DNA of 59,388 nucleotides, filler included, from 6 parts of 6 records of this genome joined end to end with filler, not necessarily neighbours in it; one strand, 5' to 3'; numbered from the whole stretch's first letter, positions 1-10,096 are shown. Numbers and translations: made by a program. The notes: generated from the sequence alone by a model not told the origin.

Positions 1-2
1 AG

Positions 3-965
3 GCAGAGCGTTGGCATCATCATCCGGGGCCAGTTCGGAACAACCCGCTTTTTAGCTGGCCGCCGCAGCCTGTAGCGGTGTTGAGATGGTATGCCGCATA
101 TTGGTTGGCCGTTTCGACAATTACGATCACCGCAGTATTTTCCGTGGCGATCTATTTCGCGCTTTTGCCTGCGTTAGAGACAATGCAGAACTTTCAGGCC
201 GGGTGGATGGTTCGGGTGTGGCTGGCCAACCTGTTGCCGCAAGCGATTTGCGCGGGCGGGCTGCATATGTGGCTCTATCACTGGCGAAGACAGGGCAACC
301 AGACCAAATATGATGCCCGTGATCTTGCCCGCAACAATGGCACCTATACCTTTGGCAATCAAGTTTGGGACAATATGTTCTGGACTTTGGTCAGTGGCGT
401 TACTCTGTGGACCGTTGCCCAATGGGTTGTGTTCTGGATGATGGCGAATGGCTATGCGCCAGCGATGTTGTTTCCGAACAATCCAGTTTGGTTTGTGTTG
501 ATGTTCCCGTTTCTGGTGATTTGGTCGTCGTTCCATTTTTATTGGGTGCATCGGTTGTTGCATGTGCCTGCGATTTACAAGCATGCCCATGCGCTGCACC
601 ATCGGAACGTCAATGTTGGGCCATGGTCCGGCATTTCGATGCATCCGCTTGAACATTTGCTGTTTTACACGAACTTTGCAATTCATCTCATTGTGCCCAG
701 CCATCCGATCCACATTCTGTTTCACGGCTATGTGCAATCGGTGCATCCAGTGTTCTCACATTCGGGCTTTGATCAACTGGTTGTGCGGGATCAGGAGAAG
801 GCCAAGATGGGCGATTTCTTCCATCAGCTGCATCACCGGTACTTTGAATGCAACTACGGGACCGTTGAGATGCCTTGGGACAAGTGGTTTGGGTCGTTCC
901 ATGATGGTAGTGCCGAGGCGACAAAGAAGACCAGAGCCTTTAAAAAGCAAATGTATACCAAGTGA
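3..965 (+). CDS. Sterol desaturase / fatty acid hydroxylase family protein, 5'-truncated
   Basis: His boxes HRLLH, HALHH, HQLHH plus CNYG. The frame is open from nt 3 (AERWHHHPGPVRNNPLFSWPP...), so the true start lies outside the window. Confidence 0.85.
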   Translation, partial: AERWHHHPGPVRNNPLFSWPPQPVAVLRWYAAYWLAVSTITITAVFSVAIYFALLPALETMQNFQAGWMVRVWLANLLPQAICAGGLHMWLYHWRRQGNQTKYDARDLARNNGTYTFGNQVWDNMFWTLVSGVTLWTVAQWVVFWMMANGYAPAMLFPNNPVWFVLMFPFLVIWSSFHFYWVHRLLHVPAIYKHAHALHHRNVNVGPWSGISMHPLEHLLFYTNFAIHLIVPSHPIHILFHGYVQSVHPVFSHSGFDQLVVRDQEKAKMGDFFHQLHHRYFECNYGTVEMPWDKWFGSFHDGSAEATKKTRAFKKQMYTK

Positions 966-1116
966 GCGGGCCGCGCTCGCTTTGATTTCCTAGGTGCCCG
1001 GCCGCGTCCCGGGAGAGAGAGCGCAAAAAGCAGTGGCGTTAAACGTCCGGTTGCGTTGCCAAGGTGAACGCGCTTTGATTATCTGCGCAGAACACCGTTA
1101 AATGCAGGCCTTTGAT

Positions 1117-2364
1117 ATGAATGTCCTATTTGTCCATCAGAACATGCCGGGCCAATATCGCGAGCTTGTGCAATGGTTGGCAGCGCAGGGCGGGCATCGG
1201 ATCTATTTTTTGACCCAACGCCGCAATGCGCCATCTTTTCCCGGTGTCGAGACCCGGATTTACAAGCCCCACCGGACCCCAGCCAAAGATGCCTATGGCC
1301 TGTCAAAGGTATGGGAAGCGGCGACAGGTGCAGGTTTTGGCGCAGCGATGGCGGCGCGAAAGCTGGAGCAAGAGGAAGGGTTCAAACCCGACATCGTGAT
1401 CGGGCATGTTGGCTGGGGCGAGTTGACGTTTTTCAAGCAGGTCTGGCCAGATGTCCCAATCATCGGGTTCTTTGAGTATTACTACAACATGACCGGCGGC
1501 ACCGTTGGCTTTGATCCGGCAGAGCTGCCGACGGAGCATGCTCCATTCTTGATGCAAGCCCGCAACGCCGTGCCTTTGGCCAATATTGAGACGGTTGATT
1601 TGGGCCAATGTCCGACAGTTTGGCAAAAAGATCGGTTTCCCAAACGCTTTCATGAGAAATTCTATGTTTGCCATGACGGTATTCGCACGGATTTGTTGCA
1701 GCCTGACCCGACAGCAGAGGTTGGGCTCGGACGGTTGGAAAATCCCCTGACAGCGCAAGATGAGGTCGTGACCTATGTCGCCCGCAATCTGGAGCGGACG
1801 CGCGGGTTTCACACCTTGATGCGGGCCTTGCCCCGCATTCAACGCGAACGGCCAAACGCACGGATTTTGATCGTTGGCGGCAATGATGTCTCATACGGTG
1901 GCAAGGCTAAGACGCCGGGCGGCTTGCGTGCTGAGATGGAGGCGGAGGTTGGCAAAGATCTGGATTGGGACCGCCTGCATTTTCTGGGACAGATCCCTTA
2001 CGATCATTTTTGCAAGCTGATCCAGATCAGCAGTTGCCATATCTACCTGTCGATGCCCTTTGTTCTGTCGTGGTCCTTGCTTGAGGCGATGTCGATGGGC
2101 GCCCGGATCGTGGCCTCTGATGTTCCTTCCGTGCGCGAGGCTGTGACCCATGGCAAAACCGGGATGTTGGTTGATTTCTTTGATCATGAAGCGCTGGCGG
2201 CGCAGGTGGTGGATGTGCTGGCGCGACCTGTTGACTTTGCCCATTTGGGCAGCGCGGCGCGGGCGCATGCGGTAGAACATTACGATTTTCTGGGCACTTG
2301 CCTGCCGGAACATATTGCGCAGATCAACGCATTGGTGCCCGAAGACAAGCGGATCGTGATCTGA
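1117..2364 (+). CDS. Glycosyltransferase family 4 protein
   Basis: N-terminus MNVLFVHQNMPGQY, HVGWGE motif, and GT-B acceptor motif SWSLLEAMSMGARIVASD. Confidence 0.9.
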   Translation: MNVLFVHQNMPGQYRELVQWLAAQGGHRIYFLTQRRNAPSFPGVETRIYKPHRTPAKDAYGLSKVWEAATGAGFGAAMAARKLEQEEGFKPDIVIGHVGWGELTFFKQVWPDVPIIGFFEYYYNMTGGTVGFDPAELPTEHAPFLMQARNAVPLANIETVDLGQCPTVWQKDRFPKRFHEKFYVCHDGIRTDLLQPDPTAEVGLGRLENPLTAQDEVVTYVARNLERTRGFHTLMRALPRIQRERPNARILIVGGNDVSYGGKAKTPGGLRAEMEAEVGKDLDWDRLHFLGQIPYDHFCKLIQISSCHIYLSMPFVLSWSLLEAMSMGARIVASDVPSVREAVTHGKTGMLVDFFDHEALAAQVVDVLARPVDFAHLGSAARAHAVEHYDFLGTCLPEHIAQINALVPEDKRIVI

Positions 2365-2410
2365 TCGGCCAAACCTAATAATCTGTTAACCATTTCACCG
2401 ATAGCGTGGC

Positions 2411-3304
2411 GTGATGGATGGTTCTGGTGTGATATCCGCGAGAGATCGCCCCGGCGAAAGCCCGGTTTTGGTGCTTGGCGCGGGTGGACGATTGGGCCGT
2501 ATGTGCCGCCAATATTGGCCGGTGGATCATGATTTGATCAGCCAAAGCCGGCAAACCGGCTTGGGTGACGTCCGCTTTGATCCGCTGTTGGATCAATCCG
2601 CCCTCATCGCCGCGGCACGGGGCAAACGGGCGGTGGTCTGTTTGGCCGGGGTCGTGCCAAAGGGCACAAGTGAGCCACCTGTTGATTTCGGGTTGAATAG
2701 CGATCTGGCCTGCGCTGCGGTACAGGCGGCAAAGGCGGCGGGATGCCCACGGGTGTTCCTGGCAACTTCCGCCGCGGTTTATGGTCGGCAGATTGGCCCA
2801 TTGTCAGAGACCACACGCCCTTGCCCGATTAGCGCTTATGGCCGGTCAAAACTGCGGATGGAGGAAGAGGCCCACGCCATCGGCATTGCATTGGATCAGC
2901 CTGTCACATCGCTGCGCATCGGCAATGTTGCGGGGGCTGATACAATTCTTGGCGGTTGGCACAGGGGGATGCGGATCGACCAGCTGCCTGATGGCACAAC
3001 TCCGCGCCGCAGCTATATTGGCGGGGTAGATTTGGTAAAGTTGATTTGTCAACTTACATGGGTGCCGCATGTGCCACCGGTTTTGAACGTGGCGCTGAGC
3101 GGTGCAATTGAAGCACGGGCGCTTTTGGATGCTGCTGGGCTGCCATGGTCCTATCGGCAGGCCAAGGCTGATGTGATCCCCGACGTGACATTGAACGTGG
3201 ATTTGCTCGGCCGTGTGCTGGGCCAAGCAGTGCCACGGGTGGACGCGGTTAAGCTGGTCTCGGATTGGCAATGCTCGCCAAGGCAACAGGTCTGCGTCGT
3301 TTGA
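2411..3304 (+). CDS. NAD-dependent epimerase/dehydratase
   Basis: Rossmann motif LGAGGRLG, TSAAVYG and catalytic YGRSK. Confidence 0.85.
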   Translation: MMDGSGVISARDRPGESPVLVLGAGGRLGRMCRQYWPVDHDLISQSRQTGLGDVRFDPLLDQSALIAAARGKRAVVCLAGVVPKGTSEPPVDFGLNSDLACAAVQAAKAAGCPRVFLATSAAVYGRQIGPLSETTRPCPISAYGRSKLRMEEEAHAIGIALDQPVTSLRIGNVAGADTILGGWHRGMRIDQLPDGTTPRRSYIGGVDLVKLICQLTWVPHVPPVLNVALSGAIEARALLDAAGLPWSYRQAKADVIPDVTLNVDLLGRVLGQAVPRVDAVKLVSDWQCSPRQQVCVV

Positions 3305-3921
3305 TGTCCTTGTCCAAGCGGCTCTTTGATCTCGTGTTGGCATTGTTGCTGGTGCTGCTTCTGGCCGTGCCGATGGCGCTTTTGCTGCTGTGGCTTTTGG
3401 TGGCCGAAGATGGGCCGGTTTTCTTTGTCTCGGAGCGGATGAAAACGCCAGAGGTTGCGTTTCGATTGTGGAAAATTCGCACCATGACCGATGTCGGGGA
3501 AGATCAGGGTGTAACCGGCGGGGACAAGCACGGCAGGGTCACACGCAGTGGCGTCTGGCTGCGGCGGTTTCGGTTGGATGAGCTGCCGCAACTGTGGAAC
3601 ATCCTGCGCGGCGACATGAGCTTTGTCGGGCCGCGTCCGCCGCTTCGGTGTTATGTTGAACGGTTCCCGCAGACCTACGGGCAAGTCCTGCAAAGCCGAC
3701 CGGGGGTTACGGGACTGGCCAGCCTTTTGTGCCACCGGGCCGAGGATCGGCGCCTACAGCAATGCCAAACACCGGCCGAGACAGATGCGGTTTACGCGCG
3801 TGTTTTTGTGCCGCGCAAGGCCAGGCTTGATCTGATCTATCAGCACAACCAAAGCCTTTGTCTGGATCTGAGATTGCTATTCCGCACAGTGTCTGTGCTG
3901 GCGTTGCGCCACCGGAAGTGA
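3304..3921 (+). CDS. Bacterial sugar transferase (polyprenyl-phosphate glycosylphosphotransferase)
   Basis: KRLFDL, KIRTM and RLDELPQLWNILRGDMSFVGPRP signature. ATG overlaps the upstream stop (TGATG). Confidence 0.92.
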   Translation: MSLSKRLFDLVLALLLVLLLAVPMALLLLWLLVAEDGPVFFVSERMKTPEVAFRLWKIRTMTDVGEDQGVTGGDKHGRVTRSGVWLRRFRLDELPQLWNILRGDMSFVGPRPPLRCYVERFPQTYGQVLQSRPGVTGLASLLCHRAEDRRLQQCQTPAETDAVYARVFVPRKARLDLIYQHNQSLCLDLRLLFRTVSVLALRHRK

Positions 3922-3967
3922 CCATTGCCCTCTTGCTGCGCCGGGCGCAAAGGGGCAGGTATTGCGC

Positions 3968-4828
3968 ATGGACAAAACACTTCTTTCTCTGGGCCACGGT
4001 TACAGCGCCCGCGCATTGGCCGACCGGCTGATCCCGCAGGGCTGGCGGATCATCGGAACAACGCGCAGCGCGGACAAACGGGATGATATTGCAGCCACGG
4101 GTGTCGAACCTTTGCTTTGGCCGGGCACAGATATTGCGCCGCTTTTGGCCCAGGTGCCACATGTGCTGGTGTCCGCAGGGCCGGGCCCGGAGGGTGATCC
4201 GGTACTGGGCGCGTTGCGCGAGCAGATTACCGCAGCCGCACCGCATTTGCGCTGGGCCGGGTATCTTTCGACCACCGGTGTTTATGGCGATCATGGCGGT
4301 GATTGGGTGGATGAAGATACCCCATTGACACCTGCAACCAAACGTGGATTGGCCCGTGTTCGTGCCGAAACCGCATGGCAGTCGATCCCAGATCTGCCGC
4401 TGCATATTTTCCGCCTTGCCGGGATCTATGGCCCCGGTCGCGGCCCGTTCGCCAAGGTTCGCAAAGGCACCGCGCGGCGGATCATCAAAGAGGGGCAGGT
4501 GTTTTCGCGTATCCATGTTGAGGACATTGCGCAGGCGTTAGAATTGTCGATCCGCTCCCCGCAGCCCGGCGCGATCTACAATCTGTGCGATGATGACCCC
4601 GCGCCGCCTCAAGACGTGATCGGATTTGCCGCGACCCTTTTGGATGTGCCATTGCCACCCGCGATGGACTTTGAAACCGCAGATATGACCCCGATGGCCC
4701 GCAGCTTTTATGCGGAAAGCAAGAAAGTCAGGAACAATCGGATCAAAGAGGCGTTGGGTTGGCAACCGCAATACCCCGATTATCGAAGTGGTTTGACCGA
4801 CCTTTTGAAGCGGGAAACCTCAAGTTGA
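3968..4828 (+). CDS. Atypical SDR / NAD-dependent epimerase family oxidoreductase
   Basis: LGHGYSA, YLSTTGVYGD, RLAGIYGPGR and SRIHVEDIA motifs. Confidence 0.88.
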   Translation: MDKTLLSLGHGYSARALADRLIPQGWRIIGTTRSADKRDDIAATGVEPLLWPGTDIAPLLAQVPHVLVSAGPGPEGDPVLGALREQITAAAPHLRWAGYLSTTGVYGDHGGDWVDEDTPLTPATKRGLARVRAETAWQSIPDLPLHIFRLAGIYGPGRGPFAKVRKGTARRIIKEGQVFSRIHVEDIAQALELSIRSPQPGAIYNLCDDDPAPPQDVIGFAATLLDVPLPPAMDFETADMTPMARSFYAESKKVRNNRIKEALGWQPQYPDYRSGLTDLLKRETSS

Positions 4829-4832
4829 TCAC

Positions 4833-5417
4833 ATGCCCGCACCTGAGACAGACCATAGACTGACAGAAATGCTCGATGGTTTGGAACAGGCAGGGCAGGG
4901 CCGCAAGGTGTCTTTCCGCGATCTGCTGCGCCAATTCGGGGATCGGGCAATCAACCCGTTCATTCTGCTCATTGCGCTGCTGATGGTGTCGCCGCTGTCT
5001 GGCATTCCCGGCACGCCCACCCTTGCTGCGATGATTATTGTGACGATGGCGGTTCAGGCCCTGTCCGGGCGCAAACGGATCTGGCTGCCGGAGTTCTTGT
5101 TGCGCCAGCGCCTGCGATCCGAACGGCTGCATCAGGCGGTACGCTGGATGCGCAAGCCTTGCGCATTTCTCGACCGTCATTCGCAAGCGCGGCTGCAATT
5201 TCTGACAAAAGGCGTGATGCGGTGGATCACCCTTGCCGTCTGTGCCGCGATCCCCTTGGCCTGGCCGCTGTTGGAAATTCTGCCAATGGTCACTTCGATC
5301 GGGGCGGCCACAGTGGCATTGTTGGTCTTTGGTCTGTTGACCCACGACGGTGTTTACGTGCTTTTGGGTTATTGTGCTGTAGCACTCAGTGTTTTTGCCG
5401 GTCTCGCGCTGCTCTGA
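4833..5417 (+). CDS. exoD: Exopolysaccharide biosynthesis protein, ExoD family
   Basis: Membrane protein with SPLSGIPG, IWLP, PLLEILP and HDG motifs typical of ExoD. Confidence 0.8.
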   Translation: MPAPETDHRLTEMLDGLEQAGQGRKVSFRDLLRQFGDRAINPFILLIALLMVSPLSGIPGTPTLAAMIIVTMAVQALSGRKRIWLPEFLLRQRLRSERLHQAVRWMRKPCAFLDRHSQARLQFLTKGVMRWITLAVCAAIPLAWPLLEILPMVTSIGAATVALLVFGLLTHDGVYVLLGYCAVALSVFAGLALL

Positions 5418-5483
5418 TCTGTGCGGGCTTGTTCAGGCAACCGGCCATCGCCATATAGGGGCAAACGCGGCATGGGCAGGAAT

Positions 5484-6047
5484 ATGACGGTACAACAACG
5501 ACTTCAGGAAGTTCTGGAAACACCGAGATTTAGTACAGCGATTATGTCGGTGATCATTTTCAATGCCGTGCTGCTTGGCCTTGAGACCTCCAAGACCGCA
5601 ATGGATGCGGCGGGCGGTTTGATCTTGATGCTGGACCGGCTGTGCCTTGCGATCTTTGTGCTGGAACTGGTGGCTAAATTCTTTGCCTACAGGCTGCGGT
5701 TTTTCCGTGATGGATGGAACATCTTTGATTTTGTGATTGTCGGTGTGTCTTTGGTGCCAGCCGCCCAGGGGTTCTCGGCGTTGCGGGCGCTGCGCATCCT
5801 GCGGGTGCTGCGTCTGGTGTCAGCCGCGCCGCGTCTGCGCCGCGTTGTCGAAGGTTTCATCACTGCGCTGCCCGGCATGGCCTCGGTCTTTTCCCTGATG
5901 GCGCTGATTTTTTACATCGGTTCCGTGATCGCGACCAAACTTTTTGCAGCAAGCTTTCCTGACTGGTTTGGCACGCTGGGCCTGTCGGCCTATTCCCTGT
6001 TTCAGATCATGACACTTGAAAGCTGGTCCATGGGCATCGTGCGTCCG
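5484..6047 (+). CDS. Voltage-gated sodium channel (NaChBac/NavAb-type ion transporter), 3'-truncated
   Basis: S4 repeat LRALRILRVLRLVS, FFRDGWNIFDF, and selectivity filter TLESWSMG. Runs into the linker. Confidence 0.92.
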
Positions 6048-6147
6048 NNNNNNNNNNNNNNNNNNNNNNNNNNNNNNNNNNNNNNNNNNNNTTAATTAAT
6101 TAANNNNNNNNNNNNNNNNNNNNNNNNNNNNNNNNNNNNNNNNNNNN
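6048..6147. other. Artificial contig linker
   Basis: 44 N + TTAATTAATTAA (stops in all six frames) + 44 N. Confidence 0.99.
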
Positions 6148-6297
6148 GGTGGGCCCCGGGTTGCGCGGGCGGGATGGGCCGGGCCCGGCTGGGGCCTGGC
6201 GCGTAACGATCCGGGTGCGGGACGGGCCGGGTGGCCCTGTCGTGGCAGGCGCGCGGTGCGGCGGTGGCTTGCGACCGGGTGGGGCTGGCGGTTCGGC

Positions 6298-7584
6298 TCA
6301 GACCTGTTCGATGCGCAGGGCCACCGGCTCGTAGGCCACGACGCCCGTGGCCATCATCGCCTCGAGCGCCTTGTCGAGCGAGGCGCGGGTGGTCTTGTGC
6401 GTCACGATGAGCACCGGCGCGGTCTCGTCCACGTGGTCGTACTGGCGCATCCGGTTGATCGAGACGCCCGCCTCGCCCAGCGCCTGCGCCACCTTGGCCA
6501 GCGCGCCGGGGCGGTCCACCAGCGCCATGCGCAGATAGTAGGGCGCCGGCGCCGTGGCCTTGGCGGGCGTGGCCCGCGACAGCCGGTCGGCGGGCCGCCC
6601 GAAGGTCGAGACCCTGAGGCCGCGCGCGATGTCCATCACGTCGCCCATCACCGCGCTGGCGGTCGGGCCCTCGCCCGCGCCGGCGCCGCGCATCACGATC
6701 TGGCCCACCTGATCGCCCTCGATCACCACCATGTTCGTGCCGCCCGCCAGCTGGCCCAGCGGCGACTGCGCCGGCACGAGGCAGGGCGCCATCGACTGTT
6801 CCAGCCCGCGCCCGGTCATGCGGCTGACGCCCAGAAGCTTGATGCGGAAGCCCATGTCGGCAGCCTGCCGGATGTCGTCGATCGAGACCTTGCCGATGCC
6901 TTCCAGTTCCACCGCGCCGAAGTCGACCTGCGTGCCGAAGGCGATGGAGGCCAGCAGCGACAGCTTGTGGCCCGCGTCGATGCCGCCCACGTCCAGCGTC
7001 GGGTCGGCTTCGAGGTAGCCCAGCGCGTCGGCCTCGGCGAAGGCGGCCTCGTAGCTGAGGCCGCCGTCCTCCATCCGCGTGAGGATGTAGTTGCAGGTGC
7101 CGTTCATCACGCCCATGACGCGGTTGATGTCGTTGCCCGCAAGGCTCTCGGTCAGCGCCTTGATGACCGGGATGCCCCCCGCCACCGCCGCCTCGAAGCG
7201 CAGCACGGCGCCGTTCGCCTCGGCCACCGTCGCCAGCGCCTGCCCGTGGTGGGCCAGCATCGCCTTGTTGGCCGTCACCACGTCCTTGCCCGCCGCCAGA
7301 GCCGCCTCGACCGCCGCCTTGGCCGGGCCGTCGCTGCCGCCCATGAGTTCGACGAAGACGTCGACGTCATCGCGGGTGGCCAGCGCCACCGGGTCGTCTT
7401 CCCACGCGTAGGAGGACAGCGGCACGCCCCGGTCCTTGTCCTTCGTGCGGGCCGAGATCGCCGAGATCGCCACCGGCCGCCCGGCGCGTTCGGCCAGCAG
7501 GCCGGCCTTCTGGCGGACGATCTTGACCACCCCCGCGCCGACGGTTCCAAGGCCGGCGATGCCTAGACGCAGGGGTTCGGACAT
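6298..7584 (-). CDS. hom: Homoserine dehydrogenase
   Basis: GLGTVG, VVTANK, FEAAVAGGIP, NGTCNYIL, GAGEGPTASAV and a C-terminal ACT domain. Confidence 0.97.
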   Translation of the reverse strand: MSEPLRLGIAGLGTVGAGVVKIVRQKAGLLAERAGRPVAISAISARTKDKDRGVPLSSYAWEDDPVALATRDDVDVFVELMGGSDGPAKAAVEAALAAGKDVVTANKAMLAHHGQALATVAEANGAVLRFEAAVAGGIPVIKALTESLAGNDINRVMGVMNGTCNYILTRMEDGGLSYEAAFAEADALGYLEADPTLDVGGIDAGHKLSLLASIAFGTQVDFGAVELEGIGKVSIDDIRQAADMGFRIKLLGVSRMTGRGLEQSMAPCLVPAQSPLGQLAGGTNMVVIEGDQVGQIVMRGAGAGEGPTASAVMGDVMDIARGLRVSTFGRPADRLSRATPAKATAPAPYYLRMALVDRPGALAKVAQALGEAGVSINRMRQYDHVDETAPVLIVTHKTTRASLDKALEAMMATGVVAYEPVALRIEQV

Positions 7585-7726
7585 GGGCGGTTCTCCTTCG
7601 GATGGGTGTCGCGCCTCCGGTTATCGCCAAGCGGGGCCGGGTGCAATGGGCAGGCGCGGCCTTGCGGTCGGGCCTGTTCCACCCGGGCAAAGGCCGCCGG
7701 TCAGGCCGCCGCGCCCCGAGGCGCGC

Positions 7727-8050
7727 TCAGAGCTCGGCGTCCCTCAGGGCGTCCGCCTTCCGGCGCAGGCGTGCGAGGCGGTCCTGCACCCCGGCGCCCG
7801 GGCCCACCGGCGCCGCCGCCACGCCGCCCGCCCGCGCGCGCAGCGCCTCGGTCCGGCCCTCGACGCCGGCGATCATCGCGGGGCTGGCGGTGGGCTGCGG
7901 CCCGTCCAGAAGCGTCTCGAGCGGCATCAGCCTCGGGTAGGGCGCGGTGGCGACCCCCGGTGTCCCGGTCTCGTCCAGTTCGGGGAACTGCGCGCAGCCC
8001 GCAAGGGCCAGCGCCACGCCCGTCATCCCGTATCGCAATGCCTTCACCAT
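7727..8050 (-). CDS. Hypothetical lipoprotein
   Basis: MVKALRYGMTGVALALAGC carries a lipobox (LAGC), followed by AQFPELD...YPRLMPL. The start was re-set from the longer ORF, which overlaps tetR. Confidence 0.7.
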   Translation of the reverse strand: MVKALRYGMTGVALALAGCAQFPELDETGTPGVATAPYPRLMPLETLLDGPQPTASPAMIAGVEGRTEALRARAGGVAAAPVGPGAGVQDRLARLRRKADALRDAEL

Positions 8051-8101
8051 GGCCCATCCTTGCCCCAAGCCCGGCCCCGCGGCAAGCCTTCCCGCTTGAT
8101 C

Positions 8102-8121
8102 TGAACACACGTTCATATAAT
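8102..8121 (+). promoter_or_regulatory. Palindromic operator TGAAC-N4-GTTCA abutting a TATAAT -10 box
   Basis: TGAACacacGTTCA at 8102-8115, TATAAT at 8116-8121, tetR ATG at 8132. Confidence 0.6.
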
Positions 8122-8131
8122 GCTGCCCGCC

Positions 8132-8719
8132 ATGGCCCGCACCCAAGGCTCCCACGCCGAAATCACCGGCCCGAAGATCCGCGCCGAGGCGCTGCGGCTC
8201 TTTGCGGAACGCGGCTATGCCGCCGTCTCGATGCGCGAGATCGCCCGCGCCGTCGGCGTGCAGGCGGGCGCGCTCTACAACTACACCCCCGACAAGCAGG
8301 CGCTGCTGTTCTCGCTGCTCGAGGGCCATATGCACGACCTCGCCGGGGCGCAGGCCGCCCTGCCCCGCGCCGCCGACCCGGTGGAGCGGCTGCGCGACTT
8401 CGTGCACTTCCACATCGCCTTTCACATCGACCGCCCGCAGGCCGTCTTCATCGCCTACATGGAGCTGCGCAACCTCGAGCCCGGGAATTTCGCCGTGATC
8501 GAGGGGCTGCGCCGCGACTACGAGACCTCGCTCGAAGAGATCCTGCGCGCCGGCATGGCCTCCGGCGCCTTCTCGATCCCCGACAGCAAGCTGGCGACTC
8601 TGGCGATCATCGCCATGCTAACCGGGGTCACGACATGGTACAGGCCCGAAGGCCGCCTGCCGCGCAGCGCGGTGCAAGAGCGCTACTGGGACCTGACGCG
8701 CCAGATGGTCACCGCCTGA
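8132..8719 (+). CDS. TetR/AcrR family transcriptional regulator
   Basis: HTH ALRLFAERGYAAVSMREIARAVGVQAGALYNY. Confidence 0.95.
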   Translation: MARTQGSHAEITGPKIRAEALRLFAERGYAAVSMREIARAVGVQAGALYNYTPDKQALLFSLLEGHMHDLAGAQAALPRAADPVERLRDFVHFHIAFHIDRPQAVFIAYMELRNLEPGNFAVIEGLRRDYETSLEEILRAGMASGAFSIPDSKLATLAIIAMLTGVTTWYRPEGRLPRSAVQERYWDLTRQMVTA

Positions 8720-8789
8720 GGCAGGCTACCCGGGCCGCCGCCGCACCCTCGCCTCCCCGAGGGCGCGCGACCCTGCCCCCCGCGCGGCG

Positions 8790-9200
8790 TTACCGCCTGG
8801 CCTGGATCGACTCGAGGTATTCCACCAGCGCCACCAGCTTGCGCGGGGTCGGCGTCTGGATGCCGTCGCCGCTGTCATAGGGGATCAGGTCGCCCTGCAG
8901 AAGCGCGCCGAATTCCGGCATACCCGGCCCCGTCAGCTCCGAGCGCGCGTAGCCGTCCACGGTCGACAGGACCCGGGCGCGCGGGAAGCTGTCGCCATGG
9001 CGCACCGCCAGCAGCGTCAGGTCCTTCGGCGCCGTGCTCATGGCCCGCGCCATCGGCCCGTTGCCGCGCCCGTCCGCGCCATGGCACACCGCGCAATTCT
9101 GCACGTAAAGCGACTTGCCGTCCTGAGCCACCGGCATCTCCGCCTCGGTGCAGCCCCAAAGCACCGCCAGCGCGGCCATCCCCAATGCGATCCGTGTCAT
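8790..9200 (-). CDS. c-type cytochrome, lipoprotein
   Basis: Lipobox LWGC, heme motif CAVCH, distal GMPEFG and C-terminal LVEYLESIQ. Confidence 0.9.
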   Translation of the reverse strand: MTRIALGMAALAVLWGCTEAEMPVAQDGKSLYVQNCAVCHGADGRGNGPMARAMSTAPKDLTLLAVRHGDSFPRARVLSTVDGYARSELTGPGMPEFGALLQGDLIPYDSGDGIQTPTPRKLVALVEYLESIQARR

Positions 9201-9284
9201 CTCGCCCCCGTCCTCTCCGGCGGTCTTGTCCGCCAATCCCGCATGCCTCCGGAGTGCCGCGCTTTGCCGCCCCGCGCAAGGGGC

Positions 9285-9932
9285 CTATGGCGCCTGCAGG
9301 GACCCGACGTAAGCCACGAGGTCCACCAAGCCCTTGGGCGCAAGGAGGACCGAGCCGTCCGGCGCGACCCATTCGCGCACCGCGCCGCCCAAAAGGGCGT
9401 CGAACCCCGGCAGCGTGCCGCGATGGTAGGGCCCCGGCGTGCCATGCACCGCCGCCAGCACGCGCCCCGCCGGATAGGCCCCGCCATTCAGCGCCGCGAG
9501 CGCCGTCAGGTCGGCGGGCCGCACCGGCAGGGCGGCGCCCAGCGCGCCGTCGCCCTGCCCGGTCCCGCCGTGGCAGACCGTGCAATACTCTGCGTAAAGC
9601 GCCTGCCCCGGCGCCGGGGTCAGAGGTTCGACCATGGGCAGGGCCATCGGCTCGGGCGGGGCCACGGCCCGCAGGCTGACCACCTCGACCTCGTAGCCCG
9701 ACAGGGGCCGGGGCGGGTCGGTCCCGGGCGCCACGGCCGGGCGCAGCTCCGTGCCGGTCTCGACAAGGACCTCGGGCGCCGACGCGCGCGGCGCGAACCA
9801 GCCGCAGCCGCCAAGCGCCAGAACCGCCCCCGCCAGCAGCAGACGACCGGCCCCGCGGGGCGCGCCCCGGACCCTCCGGCCCGCGCCCGGCAGGCAACAG
9901 CGCCCCGACCCGGCCCCCGACCTGCTTGCCAT
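9285..9932 (-). CDS. c-type cytochrome, lipoprotein (paralog); start uncertain
   Basis: Lipobox LGGC, Pro-rich linker, CTVCH, PADLT and LVAYVGSLQ. Confidence 0.8.
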   Translation of the reverse strand: MASRSGAGSGRCCLPGAGRRVRGAPRGAGRLLLAGAVLALGGCGWFAPRASAPEVLVETGTELRPAVAPGTDPPRPLSGYEVEVVSLRAVAPPEPMALPMVEPLTPAPGQALYAEYCTVCHGGTGQGDGALGAALPVRPADLTALAALNGGAYPAGRVLAAVHGTPGPYHRGTLPGFDALLGGAVREWVAPDGSVLLAPKGLVDLVAYVGSLQAP

Positions 9933-10096
9933 CCCGGGCCCCGATCCAACCCCGGACCCGCCGCGTGCTTCACCCCATCCCATCATCGTCCCGCCCTTTC
10001 CCCTGCCGCGCCAAAGCCCCGGCCGCCCGCATCATGGCGGGTGACATTGCCCCACGTCCCGGCCATTCTGCCGCAACCCGACGCAAAGGACCCCTC

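Noticed and set aside
6092-6103. TTAATTAATTAA repeated five times in the window
   Set aside because: Artificial six-frame-stop linker inside N runs, not biological.
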